Below are positions 33,901-41,699 of a stretch of DNA of 64,000 bases, in pieces. Position numbers and translations under genes: made by a program. The notes under the pieces were generated by a model, which was given only the letters and a program-made list of their open reading frames with translations, searched no databases and was not told the origin of the DNA. The stretch is from assembly GCA_937930175.1 (NCBI GenBank), contig CALGLP010000015.1, positions 132,174 through 196,173 on the forward strand. The letters run 5' to 3'. Origin of the DNA: an uncultured bacterium (GTDB lineage Bacteria > Omnitrophota > Gorgyraeia > Zapsychrales > Aceulaceae). Positions within the stretch are counted from its first letter, which is position 1. Every line of letters begins with the position of its first letter.

Positions 33901-36032
33901 CTCACAGTTGGCCCATGAAGAGACCAGGCTAAGAAGCCAAGAATGCTTGCAGCAAAAACTCCAAGTACAGAAAACATTATTCGATCTGAAGCGCGTATTG
34001 CTTCAACAGTTTCTTGAACAACGCTTTGCTGTTGCTGTAAATATTCTTGATTCTCAACAAGGGCTTCATCCACGCACATGACATAACCAGCAGAGCCATA
34101 CTCAACATATGAAGAGGTTAGTCCTTTGATGGGTATGATATAAACCGTAATGCTATCCCCATTAATAAGGTAGGTCCGGGGAGGATACATTTTCACTGCT
34201 TCCAGATCGCCAATCCACTTTCCTGTGCGCTTAGATTCAGCCTGAAGATCAGAGGGAAGATTATTCGATATATAATCATAGCCTTGGTCTAATGTTACTT
34301 CGGCTGGAATGCTATCCTTAACCGGCGGGCCATCGACATCAGCTTGCGTTTCACCCACGGTTGAATCTCCGGATTTTATCGGTGGGCCATCGAGGGATGG
34401 ACTTGCCTTGACAGCCGCACCCTCTTTGAAAGATGCAACGGTGTTTGCTAAAGGCTGAGATTGATCCTGCGCCAACACGATTTGGTCTTCATTATCTTGG
34501 CTTGGTGTTTGGGCTGATGCGGGATTTAACGCCACGCTAATAAAAAGAGCTGTGCCGATGATGATCCCGGTAAAGATTGTTTTTGCTGCACTTGCTATAG
34601 ATTTTACAGTCATGCATGATGATATCGCAGGAACACCTGTAGCATTGCCAAACCCCCCCGAGAAATACTTTCGCGGGATGTGTTTCTTGGCGTAGGTGTC
34701 GTACTCGATCTTCAAGATATTGCACACACCTTTTTTGTAGGCGGCGAGATACTGTTGATAAATAACTTCAACATTAGAAGTTAGAGGAGAGACGTTAGAA
34801 GTTAGAAGAGGCGAAGAAGAAGCAGGAGTTGTGAGTTGTAAGTTATCAGTCTTAAGTGTTTCCGGGTTTTCCTTAGAACTTATGACTTTTGACTTATCAC
34901 TTTTTTCTCCCTTCTCCCTTCTATCTTCTCCCTTCAATCCTGCTATTTTCTTCTTATCCCCATACACTTTATTTAAGATCGATTCCTTGAGCGCTGTCTT
35001 GTACCACGTGGCCAGGACCATGGCGTGGAACATCTGCCTAAGCTCACTAAAGTTCTTGCCTTCGTTGACTTCACGTTCTAATAAAGGAATAAGCACTTCT
35101 CGCACAATACTTGAAGAGATATCAGAAGTTAGAGGAGAGATATTAGAAGTTAGAAGAGTCGAAGAAGAAACAGTGTTTGGTATATTGTCGTTAGTATTTA
35201 GTGGCTGAGTTTTTAAATGAGCGCCTGACTTATGGAGGCCATCGGCCGACATCAAGTCAGCCTGCGCGAATTTATCCCGTTTTGACTGCGGCCCAGCAGG
35301 CAAAATCGGGACTTCCCTTCCATCTTCTATCTTCTTCTCTCTACTCTCTACTTTCTCCTCTCTACTTTTCTGCTCTGCCAAATAGTCACTTTCCAGCATC
35401 ACCTTTAAATGACTCTCCGTCACCAATGCCTTGTCCGTGTCTTCATACACAACCGCCTTTTCAGGCACGATCCAGACTTTGTTAAAGGTATCAACCGGGA
35501 TATTGGTGGTGCCGTATTCTTCATAAGCCTTCTTGTAGACTTTAGCCCAGAATTCCTTGCCTGTTTCACTATCAGGAAGCATGAGAGAAGCCGTGACTTG
35601 CTTGAGGATATAATCCTGGGCCAAGAGTTCCTGGCCCATTTCTGTTTGTCCTAAGGCTTCTGGGATAATACGGTCTGATTCATACGGTGAAAGGTTGACC
35701 CACAGGTCCTCTTCAGGGGTGGTAAGTGTTGCTAGAAAGTAACGGGCAAGCATTTCACTTTCAGCTTTTAATTCATCACCTTGAAGGCCGGTGTTTCCAC
35801 TATCCACAATAAAATCAAACTGAAAAGGATTGTCCGGATAAACCTTAAGGCCTCTTAGCATCACCGGCACAAAGCCAGGGCTTAAAGGAACAACAGTACC
35901 GGGAACGGGGAGATTGAAAGCGCCTTGGGCTAGGGCTTCACGCGGGATAAGAGTCGTTGCCAAAAAGCAGGCAATAACCCCTGCGCAAACATTCTTGAAA
36001 AAGAAAGACTTTTTAAAACAACAGCAAAACAT
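27915..36032 (-). CDS. Giant secreted protein (2705 aa), function unknown; paralog of 36243..40724
   Basis: Signal peptide with ALA-Q cleavage site; N-terminal ~450 aa homologous to neighbour; 2-3 internal TM-like segments; S/T/L-rich repeats LLTSN(I/V)SPLTS(D/N); an HENLH (HExxH) motif; C-terminal GFVPVI motif. Confidence 0.7.
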   Translation of the reverse strand: MFCCCFKKSFFFKNVCAGVIACFLATTLIPREALAQGAFNLPVPGTVVPLSPGFVPVMLRGLKVYPDNPFQFDFIVDSGNTGLQGDELKAESEMLARYFLATLTTPEEDLWVNLSPYESDRIIPEALGQTEMGQELLAQDYILKQVTASLMLPDSETGKEFWAKVYKKAYEEYGTTNIPVDTFNKVWIVPEKAVVYEDTDKALVTESHLKVMLESDYLAEQKSREEKVESREKKIEDGREVPILPAGPQSKRDKFAQADLMSADGLHKSGAHLKTQPLNTNDNIPNTVSSSTLLTSNISPLTSDISSSIVREVLIPLLEREVNEGKNFSELRQMFHAMVLATWYKTALKESILNKVYGDKKKIAGLKGEDRREKGEKSDKSKVISSKENPETLKTDNLQLTTPASSSPLLTSNVSPLTSNVEVIYQQYLAAYKKGVCNILKIEYDTYAKKHIPRKYFSGGFGNATGVPAISSCMTVKSIASAAKTIFTGIIIGTALFISVALNPASAQTPSQDNEDQIVLAQDQSQPLANTVASFKEGAAVKASPSLDGPPIKSGDSTVGETQADVDGPPVKDSIPAEVTLDQGYDYISNNLPSDLQAESKRTGKWIGDLEAVKMYPPRTYLINGDSITVYIIPIKGLTSSYVEYGSAGYVMCVDEALVENQEYLQQQQSVVQETVEAIRASDRIMFSVLGVFAASILGFLAWSLHGPTVRKLEKKLLDRLAQAKDVKIIVEGDDLIVQSNKDRVRINFQDGSSKMSPSGVGLRTQGKYETRDILGKLTEIVVANQDFKLTREKILALGQTKPSVYELGGFWAAAVGMSALRDPALLPEIVQLYAQQPDQGEESLTSIFTVVFQGDSSLFPQAYSEMLKIDSPPLHNAIVNAYYFQVGAYGKEKPLTLEDFKAFAKGVPALSRDARDHFNSLVRYPKNKFLIEQAFAELEQVDPMDFEAQLILAKAITLFVSNRGYYYDPMPTYENIHFVMNILARNDVKIDARSAFETVLSESIEQDYEIFDQIIEELDKEISADLRKSLENVLCQLAKDSRHDRITKKVCEIMLDKKSPDSFRGSLADSFVKKGYIGLEYDSQIFDFILDPGTSPVTRASMAELMNNSQYLPDATLQQKEEFIQYIQDPGIPDKARNALLKLFFNKLNYSNKIILTKNQIDMFSKYFSDLIYQLNNSAENIVADDVVSTLLAIYSHFPELSAKKLIFEIIDSLSKISTFELQAPFVNALLEEGIENNLNHRKSFYSQIFLSFIRELTDRKKISDSQGANIHLAEQLADELINKNLGFNQEIYNSIVQNLSEEFFTESMLRQVLTKHKFRIPGYRQDFMTLNKFSSRVIPSFESAYKTDPNQAQKFSFKSVSKIDNVETFLSQEGLSGNLAMHQINDNLDLVKAVLMSGYLLPANILKTLNDENAFDSLLKEGKVRSLIGTEFVHFSVNQAVTYKSASFAYVTPIEILLENKSFLLNPLLEKNDWPVGGFTARKDDSSHAIPLGSGVFLAPMSSKKVIQDLMHEIQTQYPQWKPPNKIYYYNGKTAAEGLKEMREMMEKTESVLISRMPKGFRDLGSSDGFKCDSVGRGAVKVLGINRVIDDLAEYQVQKYKAVPYLTRWQDVQRLSKALEEMTENLLEGSGITARSVMDSGSSIRGTYQEKFDGLSEDLDLMVYVDGDLPVNGQLSEFQIKYAKALEESEIFKELFSEKSRQYSVRPFTTDFRPEQGYSRITVGVFEGADQNNPVLSVDVVFYNIEKHNDGPRYAKKFVENMEYLLSGLSPGDQKAGEQFILSTIRTLKMLFKNDGVYKRYEGGLRGVGTEQIVMQMDAEDDRGTPRPAKSLREVQEKYSVESVLLKIRDMGFDEQGRFQDLEAARRKLKIIDIGAAIGESDNLMNSMTENGWVRLLGLALDFEDQTSDAASREEFFDSQAIQAGFNDPNSIVDEVETQASSGIINIDQRMDSYSRIDEEGHLAKLRQHWKDGTLSGFIEALKEVEGGALPYDQLSDRQKGALEIFKNEASRYPDLNVNPSSILFVPRSSWVNHLLDSGFHSRIEGYHLLLTDGNSTGLVDVVVTDSKNILRIIEIIIHENLHSLFDGFREAAAAKFFEMRRILEEAWVEKRSLEIQREIVQRNEDLFQKYFNTGMKYIYKREGLEGLFSSEIYQEERAFLNKISTIFSSYDDKKANAAVMEFLKKGDESLLESLLGDRWSIIKKMLSETETSPQEHLYPIKLKIINKIITGREDDAVRLQRVDEFINMMDAAEDEYDDFDLFLASQVSEDFQAFVKSSFEARQRLFSYYDNAMSTLLDALLSEGAFEMNDQVAQADLRVRLNAIILDLIRKGIKEEHFSALGYISDEASSLEEEAFLGITSVEDVKGFHGKKGSADTAFLVSHGLMPDEKFTFEKVDPEIGRQYQAHGIAKGSATDMMDGLLNLLNNGISSEKTFYTAPFEIRDEDRAGAGAGVGTASGTAYKDGVAVILAEKGADDFSNGIKYVLLNDAYLTQELVDQFNEAYKERGIVFALLSQQKALLEHEFTLAQYKQWYQDVGVHGHHLNPLELADSSMDQPNQADAGEMEPASVAPKEFLPDLPDEIVLDVAAPDGVDTGKAGTNSDFLKGGIDLNSANLELKRTGSSPIQFNLPPEWQGVDLENIPGFVPVITGIVPMNFGQFLTDSGVPRAEQYSKVGGLEAAPITSFNALLGFEEKEKLEVGS

Positions 36033-36192
36033 ACCGTGGCCCTCAAATTATGTTTGCCTAATATGCTCTATCTATATAAAGGATATCATATAAATATAGG
36101 TATTTAGGGGGTTGGGGGGCACTGGAGGGAAAGCGCTTTCTTGAAATTTTCATCGTCGAGAATAAGCACGAAAACCACAGAAGGGCATTAAT

Positions 36193-36238
36193 TTCCTAAA
36201 TTAATTAAGACAACAAATTCGCCCTTGGGAAGGTTTGG
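36193..36238 (-). pseudogene. Duplicated 3' fragment of rsmI (…KGEFVVLINLGN*)
   Basis: Translates to the C-terminus of RsmI (intact gene ends …KGEFVVLINLQN* at 40879); flanking intergenic blocks are also homologous (ggaaagcg.tttc.tgaaa). Confidence 0.6.
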
Positions 36239-36242
36239 GAAC

Positions 36243-39200
36243 TTAAAGTCGGCTAAGTTCTAAAGAACTTTTTTCCGCATCATCAGGACCCAGGCCCAGA
36301 AACACATTAAAGCTTGTGATGGGGGTGATATTGATGATGACCGGCGTAAAGCCGATGATATTTTCTAATTCTAAATTTATCTTTTCGGAATTTGCTGACA
36401 CATCAAACTTGATTCCTTCACCTTTGCTCTTAATAATGCTATCAGTGCTTTTTAGGTCAATGCCACCTGGAGCTGGAGATGAGCTTGCCTGCGATGCCTT
36501 AAATAAGTCATCGGCACTCACTAAAACATTAGGGCTAGCTAAATCTTGACTCTTAGGAATGATCGATATTGTATCAGCTGCTTTATCATTATTCTCTGAT
36601 TTACAGGTGTTATTTAATTCACAATCCGCTACTTTTCTAACCTCCTTACGCTGAGAATGACTAGTTATTTTTAAGATTGCTAACTGGGCTTGCCTGTCCC
36701 GTGTAGCATTTTGCTCTTGGCCACGAGACAATACAAAATCGGATTTCTCGTCTTTCGTCGGCATGATGGCTGTTGCTGTATCAAGAAGTATCTGCGCAGC
36801 AGTGTTTTCGTCGCCATATCTCAGCCCTGCGACTATTTCTTGATCAATTAAATTTTCCGAAAGATTTAATGTGGCCTCAGGATTCTGCCTCTCAACATTA
36901 GCAACTGGCATTGAATCCACATCTTTATCTGGAAAACGAAACTGCGGGGTAGGCATTCTTGCCTCCTGTCGCTGGGCTCCCTGCTGTTGTGCTGTCTGAC
37001 TCGTTTGTGATGCTTGCGCATTGCCTGGCAGATCGCTGATACGATAATCAAATGTTGCTTTCACGCCACGGTGCATTTGATCAGCTCCAATCGCTGCCTC
37101 AATAGCATTTACTTGCCCTGAAGTTAGCGTGACAGTCGACTCCTTAATGGTTTTCCAATTACGCCAAAAATAATCAACTTCTTCATCGCTGAGCGCTAGT
37201 CCTGCTGCATTGAGGTGACCCTTTAAGATGCTCAGAAAGTCTCTATCAACTTTATCCTGTAACGCGCTCCATACCCTTAGTAAAGCTTTGTCGGAGGTGT
37301 CGTATTCTTCGGGATGCATATCCAGCATGCGGTTTCCCTGACCGTTATAACTAGGAAGTTTATACCATTTCTTAGGGCTGCTAATATATTTTGCATTTGG
37401 TAGTTTTTGATCCCAAGTCGAACCAGGAGGTGACGATTCCCCAGGACTTTTCGTATTTTCAATCGTATCACTTCTCGGGCTTGTGTTTTGGTCGTTATCA
37501 GAATTCATACCGACGCCGAAACGCAATGTCAAAAAAAGTGCGGCCATCGGGATCAACAAAAGTAACCAGCGAAGCTTTTTGGACATCCGTGGCGGCCGGC
37601 GAACGCTAGCCACCAATCTTTCGACGCGACTTGCATCCTCCGATATGACCGCCTTCATAATTTCTCTAACTCTTCGTTGTGAAATATGCTCAGGCAGCGA
37701 CTGCTCTAGGGTCGAGGGAGTCATGACTTCACCGAACTCCTCTTGCTCCTTCACAGCCGCTTTTACATTATTACGAATATTCTTAGGAATAAAATTAATG
37801 GCATCCTTAAAAAAGATTTCCCTGGCCCACTCAGCTCTTGCCTCTGTCACCTCGCCGGGAGACATTGAATCAATCCCTGGACATTGCTGCTGAAACATCG
37901 CTTCTTCCTCATCGCTAAGTTTTTCATTTTGCGAGACCATTTCTTCCCGTGCATGCAAAAAACTACGGACAATCCGTCTGATAACATAACGCTGACTTAA
38001 GAAACGGCTTAAAACATCTGGGGTGTCCCGAAATTGCTGCTGAGCTTGGTAAACTAAACCTAACCCAAACCTATTATATTCACGGGCTTGGCTATCTTCT
38101 GAAGGTCCTTCCTGGTCATGGTTTTGAAGGTTCTCCCAAAGCTGTTCATCAGCTAGCGTCTCATTGCTGATTTGAACATTCAATTGTTCACGAATCGCCC
38201 GCATCAAAGGAGCCCACATTTCCAATGGAAAGAAACCCAAAAACTGCCGCTTACCTTCTTCTGTGTTAAAAAAGTTTGCATTATTCGAACGTATAAGGTC
38301 TTCTGCAAGTTTTCTTAAATTGTCCGGCGCCAAAAGATGTTTGACGATGTCCTCATCACATCCATCGTGCGAGGCATGAAGCTCATAGACAAGGCCAAGG
38401 CCAAAATCACTATAAGCCCTTTTCATGGTATCTTCCATTTCAAGTTGCTCGTCACGAGACGCGCCTGATTCTGCACGCGATAAAGAATAAAATATTTGTT
38501 CCGCAAGAATTTTTCCAAAAAGATCGTCCACGTAAACTATATTGAGAAATCTTTGTATGTTCTTTTCTTTTGGCTTGCTACCGCCTAGCACGGGAAGCCC
38601 TAGAACGCTTAAAGGCGCGTTATCGTGTTTTCGACTAACTAAATCTAACAATGTAAACGCCCAATAAAGATCCTTTTCAATCGTCTCAGGATTAAGATGA
38701 TTATTTGCATCAAGAAGCCCTGTAATAATTTTTATTTCAATGGTTGGAAAACTGCCAGATAAATTGATGATACGACTATGCTCCCTAACGCTACCTCCGC
38801 TAAACGGCGCTTGTTCATCTAGCACCTTGACATAAGACCCCCTCGGCTTCGTCCATGCATTACCGGATAAGGCACGCCACATAGCTTCATAAACTTTTCC
38901 CACTCTACCTAAGCGCCTTTGATCAACCTTAAGCTGTCCACCTTCCACCAAAGACTTACGACTTATATGCATATGCACACTATAAAGACCTCCAACCATG
39001 GGCCCCTCATTAAGCTTTTTAAGAATATTCTTAAACGCATCCCAGTCTTTTCGCGTGTTAAGGTTTATTTTTGTTTTTAGCTCATTAAAGTTTTCGCGCC
39101 CTTCAAGCTGCCAATCAGGAGGAACAATAGATTGAATACGTTCAATAACACGTTGTCGCTCGCTCGCTGTAAACGATTGGCCTGGATCAAGCCCAAGCAA

Positions 39201-40724
39201 TTGTTTAATATTAAACTCAAGCTCTAAAGAAAACGTGATGTCTGAAGGAAATTGTTTGAGGATGACATCCCCTGCCAAAGCGGAGAAATCCTTAGAAAGA
39301 AACGATGTTTCGAGGGCGTTCGGTGCTTCTGCCAATGATTGCCGTTGAGCACCAACACTTGTGTTAGCTGGCAATCCCGCAGCGGACTGATTGACGATAA
39401 GCGACGAAGCAGCTGGCTGAGAAAGGCTTTTCAATCGAACCTCAGCAACGCTAAGATCTCCCATAGCCTGATGACCATTCAAATCTTTTTCGTTTGCCGT
39501 TATGATGATGCTGGATCCAGCAATTCCGCCAAAACCTAGCCTCTCACCCCCTGCAAAATATTTTCGTGGAATATTTTTATTTGTATATGGGTCATATTCA
39601 ACCTTGATAAAGTTCATGACGCCTTTTTTAAAGGAATCGAGATATTGATTATAAATTTCTTGAGAGGTGGGATTTATGCTTGAAACATCGCCAATGTCCT
39701 TTTCTGCTAATGACATCTTGCTATGTACCAATTCAATTCCTTCCACCTTATTCCTATCTGCGTAGACTGTATTTAAAATGGAGTCTTTAAGCTTTGTTTT
39801 AAACCAATAGGCTAAAATGATTGCATTGTAGATTTGCCGCAATTGAGAAAAGTTTTTACCGCTGTTGACCTCTTTTTCAAGCTCAGGGATGATCATTTCC
39901 CGGACGATACTAGAAGAGATATCGGAAGGAAGAGGCTGGAGGCTAGAAGTTAGAGAAGAAACAGAAGATGGAGAATAGACGATGGAAGATGGAGCCGAAT
40001 CAGAAGAAACTTTATCGACGTTGCTTTTTCTATCTTCTATCTTCTCCCTTCTATCTTCCTTGCTTTTCTCCATTGCCACATAATCTTCTTCGATCATTAC
40101 TTTTAAGCTGGATTCCACCACAAAAGCTTTGTCGCTTTGTTCATACACAACCGCTCTTGCAGGCACAATCCAGACCTTGTTAAAGGTGTCGATAGGGATA
40201 TTGGTGGTGCCATATTGTTCATAAGCTTTTTTATAAACTTCTTTCCAAAAGACTTTCCCTTGATCTCCTTCGGGATAGATAAGAGAAGCTGTAATTTGTT
40301 TTAAAAGATAATCTTGAGCCAGCATGTCCTTGCCCATATCCGTTTGTGAAAGGGCGTCGGGGATAATCCGGTCTTTTTCGTAAGGGCTCAGGTTAACCCA
40401 CAAGTCATCTTGAGGAACGGTAAGCGAAGCCAAGAAATAACGGGCCAGCTTTTCACTTTCAGCTTTTAACTCATCACCGGCAAGGCCTGTGTTTCCGCTA
40501 TCGACAATAAAATCAAATTTAAAAGGATTGTCAGGATAAACCTTAAGACCTTTTAGCATCACCGGCACAAAGCCAGAGCTTAAGTTGACAATGGTTCCGG
40601 GAATGGGAAGATTAAAAGCAGATTGGGCTAGGGCTTTCGGGGGAATAATAGCAGTCGCCAGGAAGCAGAGAATAATTCCAAGGCAAATACCTCTAAAAAA
40701 GATATTCTTTTTAGCGCAAAACAT
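36243..40724 (-). CDS. Giant secreted protein (1493 aa), function unknown; paralog of 27915..36032
   Basis: Same signal peptide/N-terminal domain (about 70% identical over first ~230 aa), central TM segment (LLLLIPMAALFLTLRFGV), two FGLGLVY repeats, C-terminal GFTPVI motif. Confidence 0.7.
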   Translation of the reverse strand: MFCAKKNIFFRGICLGIILCFLATAIIPPKALAQSAFNLPIPGTIVNLSSGFVPVMLKGLKVYPDNPFKFDFIVDSGNTGLAGDELKAESEKLARYFLASLTVPQDDLWVNLSPYEKDRIIPDALSQTDMGKDMLAQDYLLKQITASLIYPEGDQGKVFWKEVYKKAYEQYGTTNIPIDTFNKVWIVPARAVVYEQSDKAFVVESSLKVMIEEDYVAMEKSKEDRREKIEDRKSNVDKVSSDSAPSSIVYSPSSVSSLTSSLQPLPSDISSSIVREMIIPELEKEVNSGKNFSQLRQIYNAIILAYWFKTKLKDSILNTVYADRNKVEGIELVHSKMSLAEKDIGDVSSINPTSQEIYNQYLDSFKKGVMNFIKVEYDPYTNKNIPRKYFAGGERLGFGGIAGSSIIITANEKDLNGHQAMGDLSVAEVRLKSLSQPAASSLIVNQSAAGLPANTSVGAQRQSLAEAPNALETSFLSKDFSALAGDVILKQFPSDITFSLELEFNIKQLLGLDPGQSFTASERQRVIERIQSIVPPDWQLEGRENFNELKTKINLNTRKDWDAFKNILKKLNEGPMVGGLYSVHMHISRKSLVEGGQLKVDQRRLGRVGKVYEAMWRALSGNAWTKPRGSYVKVLDEQAPFSGGSVREHSRIINLSGSFPTIEIKIITGLLDANNHLNPETIEKDLYWAFTLLDLVSRKHDNAPLSVLGLPVLGGSKPKEKNIQRFLNIVYVDDLFGKILAEQIFYSLSRAESGASRDEQLEMEDTMKRAYSDFGLGLVYELHASHDGCDEDIVKHLLAPDNLRKLAEDLIRSNNANFFNTEEGKRQFLGFFPLEMWAPLMRAIREQLNVQISNETLADEQLWENLQNHDQEGPSEDSQAREYNRFGLGLVYQAQQQFRDTPDVLSRFLSQRYVIRRIVRSFLHAREEMVSQNEKLSDEEEAMFQQQCPGIDSMSPGEVTEARAEWAREIFFKDAINFIPKNIRNNVKAAVKEQEEFGEVMTPSTLEQSLPEHISQRRVREIMKAVISEDASRVERLVASVRRPPRMSKKLRWLLLLIPMAALFLTLRFGVGMNSDNDQNTSPRSDTIENTKSPGESSPPGSTWDQKLPNAKYISSPKKWYKLPSYNGQGNRMLDMHPEEYDTSDKALLRVWSALQDKVDRDFLSILKGHLNAAGLALSDEEVDYFWRNWKTIKESTVTLTSGQVNAIEAAIGADQMHRGVKATFDYRISDLPGNAQASQTSQTAQQQGAQRQEARMPTPQFRFPDKDVDSMPVANVERQNPEATLNLSENLIDQEIVAGLRYGDENTAAQILLDTATAIMPTKDEKSDFVLSRGQEQNATRDRQAQLAILKITSHSQRKEVRKVADCELNNTCKSENNDKAADTISIIPKSQDLASPNVLVSADDLFKASQASSSPAPGGIDLKSTDSIIKSKGEGIKFDVSANSEKINLELENIIGFTPVIINITPITSFNVFLGLGPDDAEKSSLELSRL

Positions 40725-40878
40725 ACCGTGGCTCTCATCTTATGGTTTACTTTAGATTGTGTATCTACAATAAAGATAGCATACATTTATAAGTATTTAT
40801 GAGGGTTTGGTATGTGCTAGGAAAGCGGTTTCCTGAAAAGTCCACCGTCGGGAAAAAGAAAAAAGCTGTAAAATAATA

Positions 40879-41544
40879 CTAGTTTTGTAAATTAATTAAG
40901 ACAACGAATTCGCCTTTGGGGGGCTTTTGGGAGAAATGAGTGATGAGGACGCTCGCTTTATCCTTGAGGACTTCTTCAAACTTCTTTGTGATTTCACGGG
41001 TACAAATAACAACAGGATCGCCTAAAATATCTTTGATATCTTCCAATGTCTTAAGCATTCGATGCGGGGCTTCATAAAAAATAATGGTCCGCTGTTCGCT
41101 TTTAAGTTCAGCGAGCTTTTTCTGGCGGGCACCAGGCTTCACAGGCAGAAATCCTTCAAAAATAAACTGATGCGCTGGCGCGCCTGATAGGGACAAGGCC
41201 GCAATGAGCGCGGTGGCCCCAGGAATAACCGTCATGGGGATTTGGTTTTCTTGTGCCAACTTGATTAAGGCATAACCAGGATCGCTAATCCCTGGCGTTC
41301 CGGCATCCGTTACCACCGCAATATTCTTTCCTTGCTTTAAAAGGTCGAGGAGGTATTTCGATTTTGAAAACTCATTATGCTCATAATAGCTTGTGAGCGG
41401 GGTGGCAATGTCGTAGGCTTTAAGCAAGATACACGTATGGCGTGTATCCTCAGCCGCAATCAAATCAACGCTTTTAAGCGTTTCAATGGCACGCAAAGTG
41501 ATATCTTTGAGATTACCGATAGGGGTGGAGACGATGTATAACAT
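40879..41544 (-). CDS. rsmI: 16S rRNA (cytidine1402-2'-O)-methyltransferase
   Basis: 221 aa; tetrapyrrole-methylase fold motifs (LYIVSTPIGNLKDIT, AAEDTRHT, VTDAGTPGISDPG). Confidence 0.9.
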   Translation of the reverse strand: MLYIVSTPIGNLKDITLRAIETLKSVDLIAAEDTRHTCILLKAYDIATPLTSYYEHNEFSKSKYLLDLLKQGKNIAVVTDAGTPGISDPGYALIKLAQENQIPMTVIPGATALIAALSLSGAPAHQFIFEGFLPVKPGARQKKLAELKSEQRTIIFYEAPHRMLKTLEDIKDILGDPVVICTREITKKFEEVLKDKASVLITHFSQKPPKGEFVVLINLQN

Positions 41545-41699
41545 AAAAGCTCAAGAAAAGAAATCCGAATGACTCAGTGATTCAATGTCGAATGAATTCC
41601 TAGCCGTTCCAATGCCCCATTAAACATTGGGACTTGAAACATTCCTTCGTCATTGAAATTTGGTCATTGGGCATTCACTATCACCTTCGACGATTACGC

